Shown here: piece by piece, positions 37,531-45,711 of the stretch
How positions within the stretch are numbered: position 1 is the first letter of the stretch
Layout of the letters: every line of letters starts with the position of its first letter
Source of the DNA: an uncultured Clostridia bacterium
Lineage (GTDB): Bacteria; Bacillota; Clostridia; Christensenellales; Borkfalkiaceae
DNA length: 62,208 bases
Assembly (NCBI GenBank): GCA_944354725.1
Contig: CALVQA010000039.1
Span: 1 to 62,208 of the forward strand
Direction of reading: 5' to 3'
The notes under the pieces: model-generated
Databases searched by the model: none
What the model was told of the DNA's origin: nothing
Seen by the model: the letters and a program-made list of their open reading frames with translations, nothing else
Made by a program: the position numbers and the translations under genes

Positions 37531-38472
37531 TCAGACAAAAATCAGACAAACGAGCCCCGCAAAAGCCGTCACCGCGGCATAGGCATATGAGATCTTGCTT
37601 TCGGCGCAGCCCTTCATCTGAAAATGATGGTGGACGGGCGCCATGAGAAATATCCTGCGCCTTGTCCGCTTATAGTATATTACCTGAACGATCACGGATA
37701 TTCCCGAAACGACGAACATTATGCCGATTATTGGTATATACAGCGCATTGCCCGAAAACACAGACACGCAGCTTATGAAGCTGCCCAGAGCGAGAGAGCC
37801 TGTATCGCCCATAAAGAGCGAAGCGCGGTTCGTATTGAACACTAAAAACGCCGCAACGGCGCCGCACATGCAGAAGCACGGAACATATTCCGTCCGTTCG
37901 GCGGCAAAAAGCAGCAGGCCGACAAAAAACATATAGCAAAAACATGTTCCGCCGGCAAGCCCGTCGAGCCCGTCTGTCAGGTTCACGCAATTTACCGTGG
38001 CGAGAAACACGAACAAAACGAGCGGGACGATACCCCATTTTATGTCTGCCGAAACAGAGGAAAACGGGATATTCAACGCCGTCATGCCGTTTACATAGCA
38101 AAACACCGCGGCAATGGCGGCTATGGCGCACTGAAAAATTATTTTCTGATAGGGCCTGAGCCCGAGGTTGTCCTTGCGGTACACTTTTAAAAAGTCGTCC
38201 ACAAAGCCCACAAGGCAAAACCCCGCCGTTATCACGAGCGTGAGGTTTATCGTTACCGACCTCACCCCGCAGAACAGCAGCGAAGCAACGACCGCGGCGC
38301 ACACAAAGGCGAGCCCGCCCATCGTGGGCGTGCCGCTCTTGCCTTTATGCTCCTTTACGTATCCCAGAATATATTGCCGCGCCCCGAGCCGCTTGAACAA
38401 AGGCCTTACGAAACAGCAAAGCGCGAGCGAGATGACAAATGCCGCGATCGCCGCGGCCGCCGCCGTCTTCAT
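37531..38472 (-). CDS. mraY: Phospho-N-acetylmuramoyl-pentapeptide transferase
   Basis: GTPTMGG, DD..KV, NLTDGLDGLA and the C-terminal APVHHHF are MraY hallmarks. Confidence 0.95.
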   Translation of the reverse strand: MKTAAAAAIAAFVISLALCCFVRPLFKRLGARQYILGYVKEHKGKSGTPTMGGLAFVCAAVVASLLFCGVRSVTINLTLVITAGFCLVGFVDDFLKVYRKDNLGLRPYQKIIFQCAIAAIAAVFCYVNGMTALNIPFSSVSADIKWGIVPLVLFVFLATVNCVNLTDGLDGLAGGTCFCYMFFVGLLLFAAERTEYVPCFCMCGAVAAFLVFNTNRASLFMGDTGSLALGSFISCVSVFSGNALYIPIIGIMFVVSGISVIVQVIYYKRTRRRIFLMAPVHHHFQMKGCAESKISYAYAAVTAFAGLVCLIFV

Positions 38473-38482
38473 TATATAAAAT

Positions 38483-39913
38483 TTATTGCCCTATGATGTT
38501 TTTTATTACCGTATTGTCGTTATAGCTGTGTTTTATACCCATTATCTCCTGATAATTTTCCCCTCCCTTGCCGGCAACGAGCAGCACGTCGCCTTCTTTT
38601 AGTATGTTCACGGCGTATTGCGTGGCGGTCTCCCTGTCGGTAACGGCCACATACGCCTTGCCGGAAGGTCTGACCCCTTCCTCTATTTCGCGAATTATGT
38701 CGTAGGGATCCTCATAGCGCGGATTATCGGAAGTTATTATGCAAAAATCGGCATACTTCGCCGCGACCGCGCCCATCTGCGGCCGTTTAGCCCTGTCCCT
38801 GTCTCCGCCGCAGCCGAACAGACAATACAGCTTGCCGCGGCACAACTTTTTGAGGGAGGCAAGCGATTTTTCGAGCCCGTCGGGCGTATGCGCGAAATCG
38901 ACGAATATGTGCGCACCGTTATATATCCCTACCCGTTCCAGCCTTCCGGGCACGCCTTTGAGCGCAGCCAAACCTTCGGCGATGACCGAGATATCCACGC
39001 CGAGAAGTTTCGCGCACGTCGCGGCAGCCATGGCATTATACACATTGTGTTCGCCGGGCAGGTTGAGCTCTATCTCGTACAATTCGTCGAAAAGATTGAG
39101 CACGAAGCCGACGCCTTCCAGATCGTCCTCCACGTCGACGGCAAAAACGTCGGCGGGGTTTTTCAACCCGTAAGTTATCGGCGACGGCAGCGAACGGGCG
39201 ATCTCCATGCCGACGGCATCGTCGGCATTTATCACCGCCAGCGCGCACCTGCCGCCTTCGAACAATTTTTTCTTTGCCGCGGCATAGCTTGCCATATCGC
39301 CGAAAAAATCGAGATGATCGTGCGTGCAGTTGGTGAATATCCCCGCCGCAAAGGATATGCCCGCGACTTTATCGTAGTGCAGGGCGTGCGCCGACACCTC
39401 CATAAACACATATTCCACCTCGCAATCGAGCATATCGCGCAACACGGAATGCAGGTATACCGGATCGGGCGTGGTGAGTTCCGGCGCGATACATTTGCCG
39501 GCATAAAACACGCCGAGAGTGCCTATCACCCCGCACCTTCTGCCCGCCGCGCGGAATATGCCGTTCAGCATATACGACGTTGTCGTCTTTCCGTTCGTGC
39601 CCGTTATCGCGACTATTTTCAATTTCCTGTCCGCAGCACCGTAAAAAGCCCGGGCCGCTTTGGCAACGGCCGCCCTGCCGTCGCCGACTATAAGTTGCGG
39701 AAGCGGGCAGTCGAGCCGTCGTTCGCACACCAGCGCCGCGGCGCCCCTGCTCTCCGCCTCACGCGCGCAGTCATGCGAATCGAAACGCGCCCCCTTATAA
39801 CAAAAGAAAAGGTCGCCCTTTTTCACCTTGCCGCTGTCGGTGCACAGCCCGCCAATCTCGGCATCGCACCCGACGGTGCAACCGAGAACATGCGCTATCT
39901 CTTCAAGCCTCAT
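38483..39913 (-). CDS. murE: UDP-N-acetylmuramoyl-L-alanyl-D-glutamate--2,6-diaminopimelate ligase
   Basis: The P-loop is ITGTNGKTTT. The DNPR motif (ITSDNPRYEDP) is characteristic of meso-DAP-adding MurE. An AAGGAGG RBS is present. Confidence 0.9.
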   Translation of the reverse strand: MRLEEIAHVLGCTVGCDAEIGGLCTDSGKVKKGDLFFCYKGARFDSHDCAREAESRGAAALVCERRLDCPLPQLIVGDGRAAVAKAARAFYGAADRKLKIVAITGTNGKTTTSYMLNGIFRAAGRRCGVIGTLGVFYAGKCIAPELTTPDPVYLHSVLRDMLDCEVEYVFMEVSAHALHYDKVAGISFAAGIFTNCTHDHLDFFGDMASYAAAKKKLFEGGRCALAVINADDAVGMEIARSLPSPITYGLKNPADVFAVDVEDDLEGVGFVLNLFDELYEIELNLPGEHNVYNAMAAATCAKLLGVDISVIAEGLAALKGVPGRLERVGIYNGAHIFVDFAHTPDGLEKSLASLKKLCRGKLYCLFGCGGDRDRAKRPQMGAVAAKYADFCIITSDNPRYEDPYDIIREIEEGVRPSGKAYVAVTDRETATQYAVNILKEGDVLLVAGKGGENYQEIMGIKHSYNDNTVIKNIIGQ

Positions 39914-39955
39914 ATCTCCTCCTTACGCGCGGCAAAAAATCCGGCCGTCCGCGCG

Positions 39956-41647
39956 CTATTCATACGGCCTTATATTTTTTAAAGCGATGATGCTTTCGAA
40001 AACGCTCTTCGCCGCCGGTGCCGCCACAGTGCTGCCGTAATATGCGCCCTGCGGCTCGTCTACCGTTATAAGCGCGAGATATTCGGGCGCATCGGACGGA
40101 AAAAAACCTATGAACGACGACACATACTTTCCGACGGCTATCTTTCCGTCTTCGTACTTCTGAGCCGTGCCCGTTTTGCCGCCTACTTTATATCCTTCGA
40201 TATAAGCGTTTTTACCGCTGCCTTCGGTGACGACCCCCTCAAGCATCTCCGCAAGCATGCGCGAAGCCTCTTCGCTTATCACTTTGCTCTTCAACACGGG
40301 GGAAACTTCCTCAAAGACGCCGTCTTCGCCCGCGACGCCTTTCAGCAGCCGCGGCACGTAATAGTTCCCGCCGTTGACCGCAGCCGCGGCTGCGCATGCG
40401 AGCTGCAATCCCGTAACCGCCACCGTCTGCCCGAAACCCATGCGAGCGAGATCGCAATCGCGCACCATGGACTGAGGGAGCAGCATGCCCACCGCCTCGC
40501 CCGAAAAATCTATACCGGTCACGTTGCCGAACCCGAACGCCGACAGATAGCCGTAAAAGGTATCGACGCCCAAAGAGAGCGCAATATCGGTAAAACAGGG
40601 GTTGCAGCTGTTGTTCAGCGCGGCGGCGAGCGTCTGATTGGAGTGCTTCCCGTTTTTATGGTCGGACCAGCATTTTATGGTGGTGCCGTCCACCGAACGC
40701 GTGCGGGAGGAGTTGAATATGTGTTCGGGCGAAAATGCCGCGGAATTACCCTTAAGATACTCCTCTATATCCGCAGCCGCGGTGATTATCTTAAACGTGG
40801 AACCCGGCTCGTATATATCGACGACGAGCCTGTTGCGCGACAGCGCGTTGAGCAGGTCGGTATCGTCTTTCGGCACGTCGTTCAGGTCATACGACGGATA
40901 ATTTACGAGCGCGAGTATTTCGAATGTCTGCGGGTCGAGAACAATACACGAAACGGCTTTTGCCCCGCAAGAATAATAAACTTCGCGCATTACCTGCTCC
41001 GCGGCAAGCTGTATGCGCGCGTCGACGGTGAGCATTACGGAAGAGCCGTCCTCGGCGGGGGCATACACCACGGCGGCGTTTTCCGTTTCGACTCCGACTA
41101 TATCCGTGGTATACATTATCTCTCCGTTTTTTCCGGAAAGAAGGGCATCGTAATACTTTTCCAATCCCGATATTCCCGATCCGTCAGTCGAGGTAAAGCC
41201 GAGCACCTGACAGAGCGCTTCGCCGTACGGGTAGAGCCTGGTGTTGTCGCGCGCGTAATAAACGCCGTCGATGTCGCAGGCGACGAGCTTTTCCACATCG
41301 CCTGCGGCGACGTGCGCGGCTACGGTAACTTCCGAAACGCCCTTTCGGGAAATTTTTTGAAAGACCGCATCGCCGTCCAGCCCGAGCGCCCCCGCTATCG
41401 CCGCGGCGCAGTAATTTTTATCTTCCACGGCATTCGGCCGCACAAAGACCGAATAGGTATTTTCGTTGCCGGCAATTACGGAGCCGTTTCTGTCGCGTAT
41501 CAGCCCGCGCGACGCGATGACGGGTATCTCCCTGTTCCACTGATCGGTCGCCTTAAGCACGAGCTCCCTGCCCCAGATCGCCTGAATATAGAAGAATCTG
41601 CCCGCTATCACGCAAAAAATAAAGGCTATTGCCAGACTTGCCGACAA
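39956..41647 (-). CDS. Class B penicillin-binding protein (FtsI/SpoVD-type transpeptidase)
   Basis: SxxK (STFK) and KTGT motifs are present, preceded by a PBP dimerisation domain. The track start is TTG. The reading frame stays open 28 codons further upstream to the ftsL-like stop, so the N-terminus is uncertain. Confidence 0.85.
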   Translation of the reverse strand: MSASLAIAFIFCVIAGRFFYIQAIWGRELVLKATDQWNREIPVIASRGLIRDRNGSVIAGNENTYSVFVRPNAVEDKNYCAAAIAGALGLDGDAVFQKISRKGVSEVTVAAHVAAGDVEKLVACDIDGVYYARDNTRLYPYGEALCQVLGFTSTDGSGISGLEKYYDALLSGKNGEIMYTTDIVGVETENAAVVYAPAEDGSSVMLTVDARIQLAAEQVMREVYYSCGAKAVSCIVLDPQTFEILALVNYPSYDLNDVPKDDTDLLNALSRNRLVVDIYEPGSTFKIITAAADIEEYLKGNSAAFSPEHIFNSSRTRSVDGTTIKCWSDHKNGKHSNQTLAAALNNSCNPCFTDIALSLGVDTFYGYLSAFGFGNVTGIDFSGEAVGMLLPQSMVRDCDLARMGFGQTVAVTGLQLACAAAAAVNGGNYYVPRLLKGVAGEDGVFEEVSPVLKSKVISEEASRMLAEMLEGVVTEGSGKNAYIEGYKVGGKTGTAQKYEDGKIAVGKYVSSFIGFFPSDAPEYLALITVDEPQGAYYGSTVAAPAAKSVFESIIALKNIRPYE

Positions 41648-41731
41648 TAACCTCTTTTGTAAAACGGTTACGGAAAAACCCGTACGGTTGTTTTTAATTT
41701 TATTTATGATAACATTCTCCGTTGGATATAT

Positions 41732-42637
41732 TCAGTTGATCCAACCCATCTCAAGCGCGATGTTATAGATATTTTCGCGGGAGACGAGATCGGAGTATTC
41801 CGAAGCGGCATTCGCATTGGCCGAACGAACGGTCTGCACCATTTCTTCGAGCATTCCGATATCGTTGTTCAGGTTGGAGATCACCGCCGAATTTACGATG
41901 ATGAGCACGAAAACCGCAAGAATGAGCCCTACGATAACGCCGATGACGACCTTATCCTTTCTGGTGAGCGTGAACTTTTCCGCCTTTTCTTCACGCTCCG
42001 CGGGACGGGCGATCTCTCCCTCCTGCCTCGTGCGGGCGACGCTGCCGCTCACGGCGGTACCGTCGGCGCCTATCGTCTGATACTGTATCGTCGTGGCGGT
42101 GGGACGGAGATCCTCGCTCTCCTCTTCCTGCCTCATTACGGGCGCGGGGACTGCAGCTGCCGCCGCGGCCGCCGCTGCTGCCGCAGCAGCCGCCCTCTCC
42201 CTTGCCGCGGCATAGGCCTCGGCGGGCGTAGAAGCATACACCTGGCGATTTATGGGACTGTCGGCGCGGAACAGATCGGAATCGGCACGCGCGTTGGTGA
42301 CCATATAGACTGGCTGACGGGCGGGCTGTTCGCTAGCGCTGACGATGCCCCTGGTAACGGTGGCCTTGCTTGCGCGCCTGGGCCCGTAGAGCATGTCGTG
42401 AGCGGAGAGAGGCGCCGCAGGCTCCTCTTCAACAGGAGCCGTCCTTATGACGTTGGTACCCTCGGCATCGATGCTCGCAACGACATCCTGCGTGGTGTTT
42501 GCAGGATTGAGAAGACGCGCGAGATTGTTTTTCATGCGTGCGTTGTGAAGCTGCTCGGCATCCGATACGGCCGACGCGGCTTCCGTCGTCTGATTCAAAT
42601 ATGTATTTCTTTCGAGAACCGATAATGCTGCTGCCAT
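41732..42637 (-). CDS. FtsL-like protein with a ~210-aa N-terminal extension containing a 13-Ala run
   Basis: It sits between rsmH and the PBP gene. The C-terminal TM VVIGVIVGLILAVFVLIIV is followed by a short coiled-coil, as in FtsL. An AAGGAG RBS is present. Confidence 0.55.
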   Translation of the reverse strand: MAAALSVLERNTYLNQTTEAASAVSDAEQLHNARMKNNLARLLNPANTTQDVVASIDAEGTNVIRTAPVEEEPAAPLSAHDMLYGPRRASKATVTRGIVSASEQPARQPVYMVTNARADSDLFRADSPINRQVYASTPAEAYAAARERAAAAAAAAAAAAAAVPAPVMRQEEESEDLRPTATTIQYQTIGADGTAVSGSVARTRQEGEIARPAEREEKAEKFTLTRKDKVVIGVIVGLILAVFVLIIVNSAVISNLNNDIGMLEEMVQTVRSANANAASEYSDLVSRENIYNIALEMGWIN

Positions 42638-42672
42638 GATCCACTCCTTAAAATTGCCTTAGGTTTTATCGC

Positions 42673-43614
42673 CTAAACGATTTTTTGCGCTATACGCAGC
42701 TTAGCCGAGCGCGAACGCGAATTGATCACGCGCTCTTGCGGGCCGGCCACTACAGGCTTTTTTGTAATTATTTCTATTTCTCTTTTCTTTCCACAAACGC
42801 AAACGGGAAGTTCTTTCGGACACACACAGTCCGTTTCCAAAAACCGGAAAGCATTTTTTACTATTCTGTCTTCCAGCGAATGAAAGGTGAGGATGGCTAT
42901 CCTTCCGCCCTTTTTAAGCCTTCGGGTAAGGCCTAAAACGGCTTCGTAGAGCCCGCTGAGCTCTCCGTTCACCTCGATGCGCACTGCCTGAAAACTTTTA
43001 CGAGCGGCAGGGCCGTTTTGCCGGAATTTTGCGGGAATGCTTTCTTCGATTATTCTTGCGAACTCGCCGCAGGTCTTGATACGTGCGCGCGCCCTTGCTT
43101 TAGCCACATTTGCGGCTATCTGCGGCGCGAATTTTTCTTCGCCGAACTGCCTGAGTATTTTTGCGAGTTCATTCTGCGGATATTCGTTTATTACCTCTTC
43201 CGCCGTAAGCTGCGCCGACATATCCATGCGCATATCGAGCGGAGCATCTTCTGCCAGATACGAAAAACCGCGTTCGGGCACGTCTATCTGATGGCTTGAT
43301 ATCCCGAAATCGAGCATAACGCCGTCGAGACTGCCCACACCCTCTTCGTCCAAGACTCTTTCGAAATCTTTGAAGTTGGATTTGTGAATAAAAAACCTGC
43401 CGGGAAAGGCCGAGAGCTTCTCCTTTGCCGCCGCTATCGCCTCTTCGTCGAGGTCGGTGGCGATGAGTTTACCGTCGGGTGACGAACGCCTGAGTATCTC
43501 GTACGAATGCCCGGCGCCGCCGAGCGTACCGTCGAAATATACCCCTCCGCCCGAAATGTTCAGGCCTGACATACATTCTTCGAGCATTACGGGTAAGTGT
43601 GAAAACGCGCCCAT
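42673..43614 (-). CDS. rsmH: 16S rRNA (cytosine1402-N4)-methyltransferase
   Basis: HLPVML.E, D.T.GGAGHS and DLGISS.Q.D match the canonical RsmH/MraW sequence. Confidence 0.95.
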   Translation of the reverse strand: MGAFSHLPVMLEECMSGLNISGGGVYFDGTLGGAGHSYEILRRSSPDGKLIATDLDEEAIAAAKEKLSAFPGRFFIHKSNFKDFERVLDEEGVGSLDGVMLDFGISSHQIDVPERGFSYLAEDAPLDMRMDMSAQLTAEEVINEYPQNELAKILRQFGEEKFAPQIAANVAKARARARIKTCGEFARIIEESIPAKFRQNGPAARKSFQAVRIEVNGELSGLYEAVLGLTRRLKKGGRIAILTFHSLEDRIVKNAFRFLETDCVCPKELPVCVCGKKREIEIITKKPVVAGPQERVINSRSRSAKLRIAQKIV

Positions 43615-43616
43615 CG

Positions 43617-44051
43617 TCAGATCCCGAGGGAATCGAAGTATTCGTTGAAGTTATCGTCGTCGTCGGCGAAGTATTCGTCGTATACCTCTTTTGCCCAAAG
43701 CTCTGCCCTGTTGCCCACGCCGCAAAACACGACGTCTTTTTTTATGCGGGCAAACTCTCTGAGGTTCGAAGGCAGAACCACTCTGCCCTGATTATCTTCC
43801 TCGGCAAGCACAAACGATTTGGTGAAAGACCTTATGCCGCGGCGCTTTTCCGCGTCGGACATTCTTTCCTCGTTTATTTTGGCGAGCTGTTCTTTCGCTA
43901 CTTCTTCGGGGAATATGAAAATACAGCCGTCGGTACCCTTGGCGAAGTAATATTTCTTGTCTTCGCCCATCTCCTTCTTGAGTCTCGAAGGTATCCGTAT
44001 CCTGTTTTTCGCGTCCAACTGGTGGTTGTATTCGCCCGTGAGAAAAAACAT
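43617..44051 (-). CDS. mraZ: Transcriptional regulator MraZ
   Basis: MFFLTGEY.HQLD.KNRI.IP...R marks the first SpoVT/AbrB-like repeat, and a second repeat, D.QGR..LP..LR, follows. The length is 144 aa. Confidence 0.95.
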   Translation of the reverse strand: MFFLTGEYNHQLDAKNRIRIPSRLKKEMGEDKKYYFAKGTDGCIFIFPEEVAKEQLAKINEERMSDAEKRRGIRSFTKSFVLAEEDNQGRVVLPSNLREFARIKKDVVFCGVGNRAELWAKEVYDEYFADDDDNFNEYFDSLGI

Positions 44052-44080
44052 CGCTACTACCTTTAATAAACTGTGAAATT

Positions 44081-44113
44081 ATGATACCACATAAAATGAC
44101 CACTGTCAACCAC
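44081..44113 (-). promoter_or_regulatory. Putative dcw (mraZ) promoter TTGACA-17 nt-TATCAT overlapped by three GTGGT direct repeats (candidate MraZ boxes)
   Basis: The minus strand reads GGTGGTTGACAGTGGTCATTTTATGTGGTATCAT. The GTGGT units are spaced 10 and 13 nt apart. Phased A-tracts lie upstream (44120-44150). Confidence 0.55.
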
Positions 44114-44189
44114 CAACCGTAAATTTTTTTGATATTTTTTTATTTTTTTGCATCTTGACGAATTCCACGATAAAATTTCAAGAAAAATT

Positions 44190-44933
44190 TTAAAATGAAT
44201 TATGTTGCAACATCTCAAAAACTGCACGATTTTTTGCCAAATTGCCACAAATAAAGTCGATTTTGCCTGTTATTTTTGTTGAGTGGTCAAAAATCCCTAA
44301 AGTGGCCGCCAAGTGGTCAGCCGTCCCTAACACCCCGTCAAAAACAGGCGCGCGATAGCGCTCCTTCACCGCATTTTTTATAAAAACATAGTGCGTGCAG
44401 CCAAGCACCACCGCTTTGTATCTCCCTGCGGGAAGGTCGTCGGCCATGGTCTTCGCGTCGAGAGAGAAAATTTCCCGCTCTATCCTTCCCGCCAACAACC
44501 TCTGCGGACACACCTCCGCATCGGCGCCGTATCTGTTTATCAGGCGAGCGAACGCGGCGCTGCGGCAGGTCGATTCCGTAGCCAGAACAAGAAATTTTCC
44601 GCCCGCGGCGGCGGCCTGCTTAACGGCCGGCTCCATTCCGATGACGGGAAAGGCAAAGCGTTTCCTCAGGTCGGATATGCACTCCGCCGTAACGGTATTG
44701 CAGGCGATCGCGACGGCGTCGGGCGAGAGTTTTGCCATTTCGCCGAAGAGGCGCATCACCCGCTCCTTCACCTCTCCTTCCGGGAGATTGCCGTACGGCA
44801 CGCGGAAATTATCGGCAAAATAGCAATAGTCCGCCTGCGGCATGCGGCGCACGCAGGCGTTTAAAAGATTGAGCCCGCCGATGCCGCTGTCGAATACACA
44901 CACGAGCGGCCCCCGGCTGTTTGAGATACGCAT
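44190..44933 (-). CDS. murI: Glutamate racemase
   Basis: VFDSGIGGL, the first catalytic Cys in ACNT and the second in GCTHY are present. Confidence 0.9.
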   Translation of the reverse strand: MRISNSRGPLVCVFDSGIGGLNLLNACVRRMPQADYCYFADNFRVPYGNLPEGEVKERVMRLFGEMAKLSPDAVAIACNTVTAECISDLRKRFAFPVIGMEPAVKQAAAAGGKFLVLATESTCRSAAFARLINRYGADAEVCPQRLLAGRIEREIFSLDAKTMADDLPAGRYKAVVLGCTHYVFIKNAVKERYRAPVFDGVLGTADHLAATLGIFDHSTKITGKIDFICGNLAKNRAVFEMLQHNSF

Positions 44934-44995
44934 ATAAATATTCTATTGGCGGACAAAATTTATATGAAAAAAATGCGAAAGACGGCATAAATTAG

Positions 44996-45024
44996 TTTAC
45001 AATGGCATTTTTTTATGCTAAAAT
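44996..45024 (+). promoter_or_regulatory. Putative rpsT promoter (TTTACA-17 nt-TAAAAT)
   Basis: The -35 is at 44996-45001 and the -10 at 45019-45024. Confidence 0.45.
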
Positions 45025-45065
45025 TACTCAAGAATTTTATTGATACGCTTAAAGGAGAGATAGAA

Positions 45066-45329
45066 GTGCCTAACATAAAGTCAGCGAAAAAGCGCGTTCT
45101 CGTAACCGAAAAGAAGACAATGAGGAACAGAGTTATCAAAACTCAGGTAAAAAACGCAATGAAGAAATTCCTTGCGGTCGTTGAAAGCGGCGACAAAGCG
45201 GCCGCCGCCGCCATGTTCCCCGAGACCTGCTCGGTAATAGACGGCGCCGTAACCAAGGGCGTTCTCAAAAAGAACACCGCCGCCAACAAAAAGAGCGGTC
45301 TTGCAAAAAGGCTCAACGAGATGGAGTAA
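45066..45329 (+). CDS. rpsT: 30S ribosomal protein S20
   Basis: The GTG start at 45066 has AAAGGAGAG 6 nt upstream and gives (M)PNIKSAKKRV....K....N...K, the canonical S20 N-terminus. The track ORF starts 17 codons too early. Confidence 0.9.
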   Translation: MPNIKSAKKRVLVTEKKTMRNRVIKTQVKNAMKKFLAVVESGDKAAAAAMFPETCSVIDGAVTKGVLKKNTAANKKSGLAKRLNEME

Positions 45330-45341
45330 AACCGAAACGTC

Positions 45342-45369
45342 ATCGGGCGCGCATGCGCCCGATTTTTTT
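45342..45369 (+). terminator. rpsT rho-independent terminator
   Basis: The sequence is atcgggcgc-gcat-gcgcccgat followed by ttttttt. Confidence 0.8.
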
Positions 45370-45381
45370 ACGCGCAAATCC

Positions 45382-45419
45382 GGCAGGGCGCCGCGGGACA
45401 ATACCCGCGGCGCCCTGCC
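45382..45419 (+). other. Perfect 16-bp GC-rich hairpin directly after the rpsT terminator, of unknown role
   Basis: The sequence is ggcagggcgccgcggg-acaata-cccgcggcgccctgcc, followed only by a weak T-rich tail. Confidence 0.4.
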
Positions 45420-45495
45420 TTCGTTCTGAGCGGCGGCACGATAAAATTCAATTATATCGTCGCGCGCACGCGCGTGGCGCGTGTGATGTGATTTT

Positions 45496-45517
45496 TTCAC
45501 AAACATTTCACAAACAT
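45496..45517 (+). promoter_or_regulatory. Perfect tandem 11-bp direct repeat (TTCACAAACAT x2) upstream of the pot-operon promoter, a candidate regulator binding site
   Basis: The two units lie at 45496-45506 and 45507-45517. The second ends 38 nt upstream of the -35 hexamer. Confidence 0.4.
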
Positions 45518-45555
45518 GCAATTTATTAACACATTTGAAAGTTCGCCGAATTTAT

Positions 45556-45584
45556 TTGACATCTTGCACATATGCGCTTATAAT
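45556..45584 (+). promoter_or_regulatory. Consensus sigma-A promoter (TTGACA-17 nt-TATAAT) for the XRE/cupin regulator and potABCD
   Basis: TTGACA lies at 45556-45561 and TATAAT at 45579-45584. Confidence 0.65.
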
Positions 45585-45711
45585 CAAACGCGATTTATTA
45601 TTGCTAAACTTTTTGTTTAAAAATGCTAACCGTTTAATAAACTTAAACACCGCGTTTAGCGGAACACGCTTTCCGCGCCGCGGCCGGAGTTGGCTTTAGA
45701 AGGGTCAGTTT

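Noticed and set aside
45382-45419. GC-rich perfect hairpins considered as a REP-like repeat family: 45382-45419, 28005-28043, 25563-25592 and 25490-25515.
   Set aside because: They share only generic GCGCCGCGGG-type composition and differ in length and loop. All sit at gene 3' ends, where ordinary terminators are expected. Four examples are too few to call a family without a genome-wide search.
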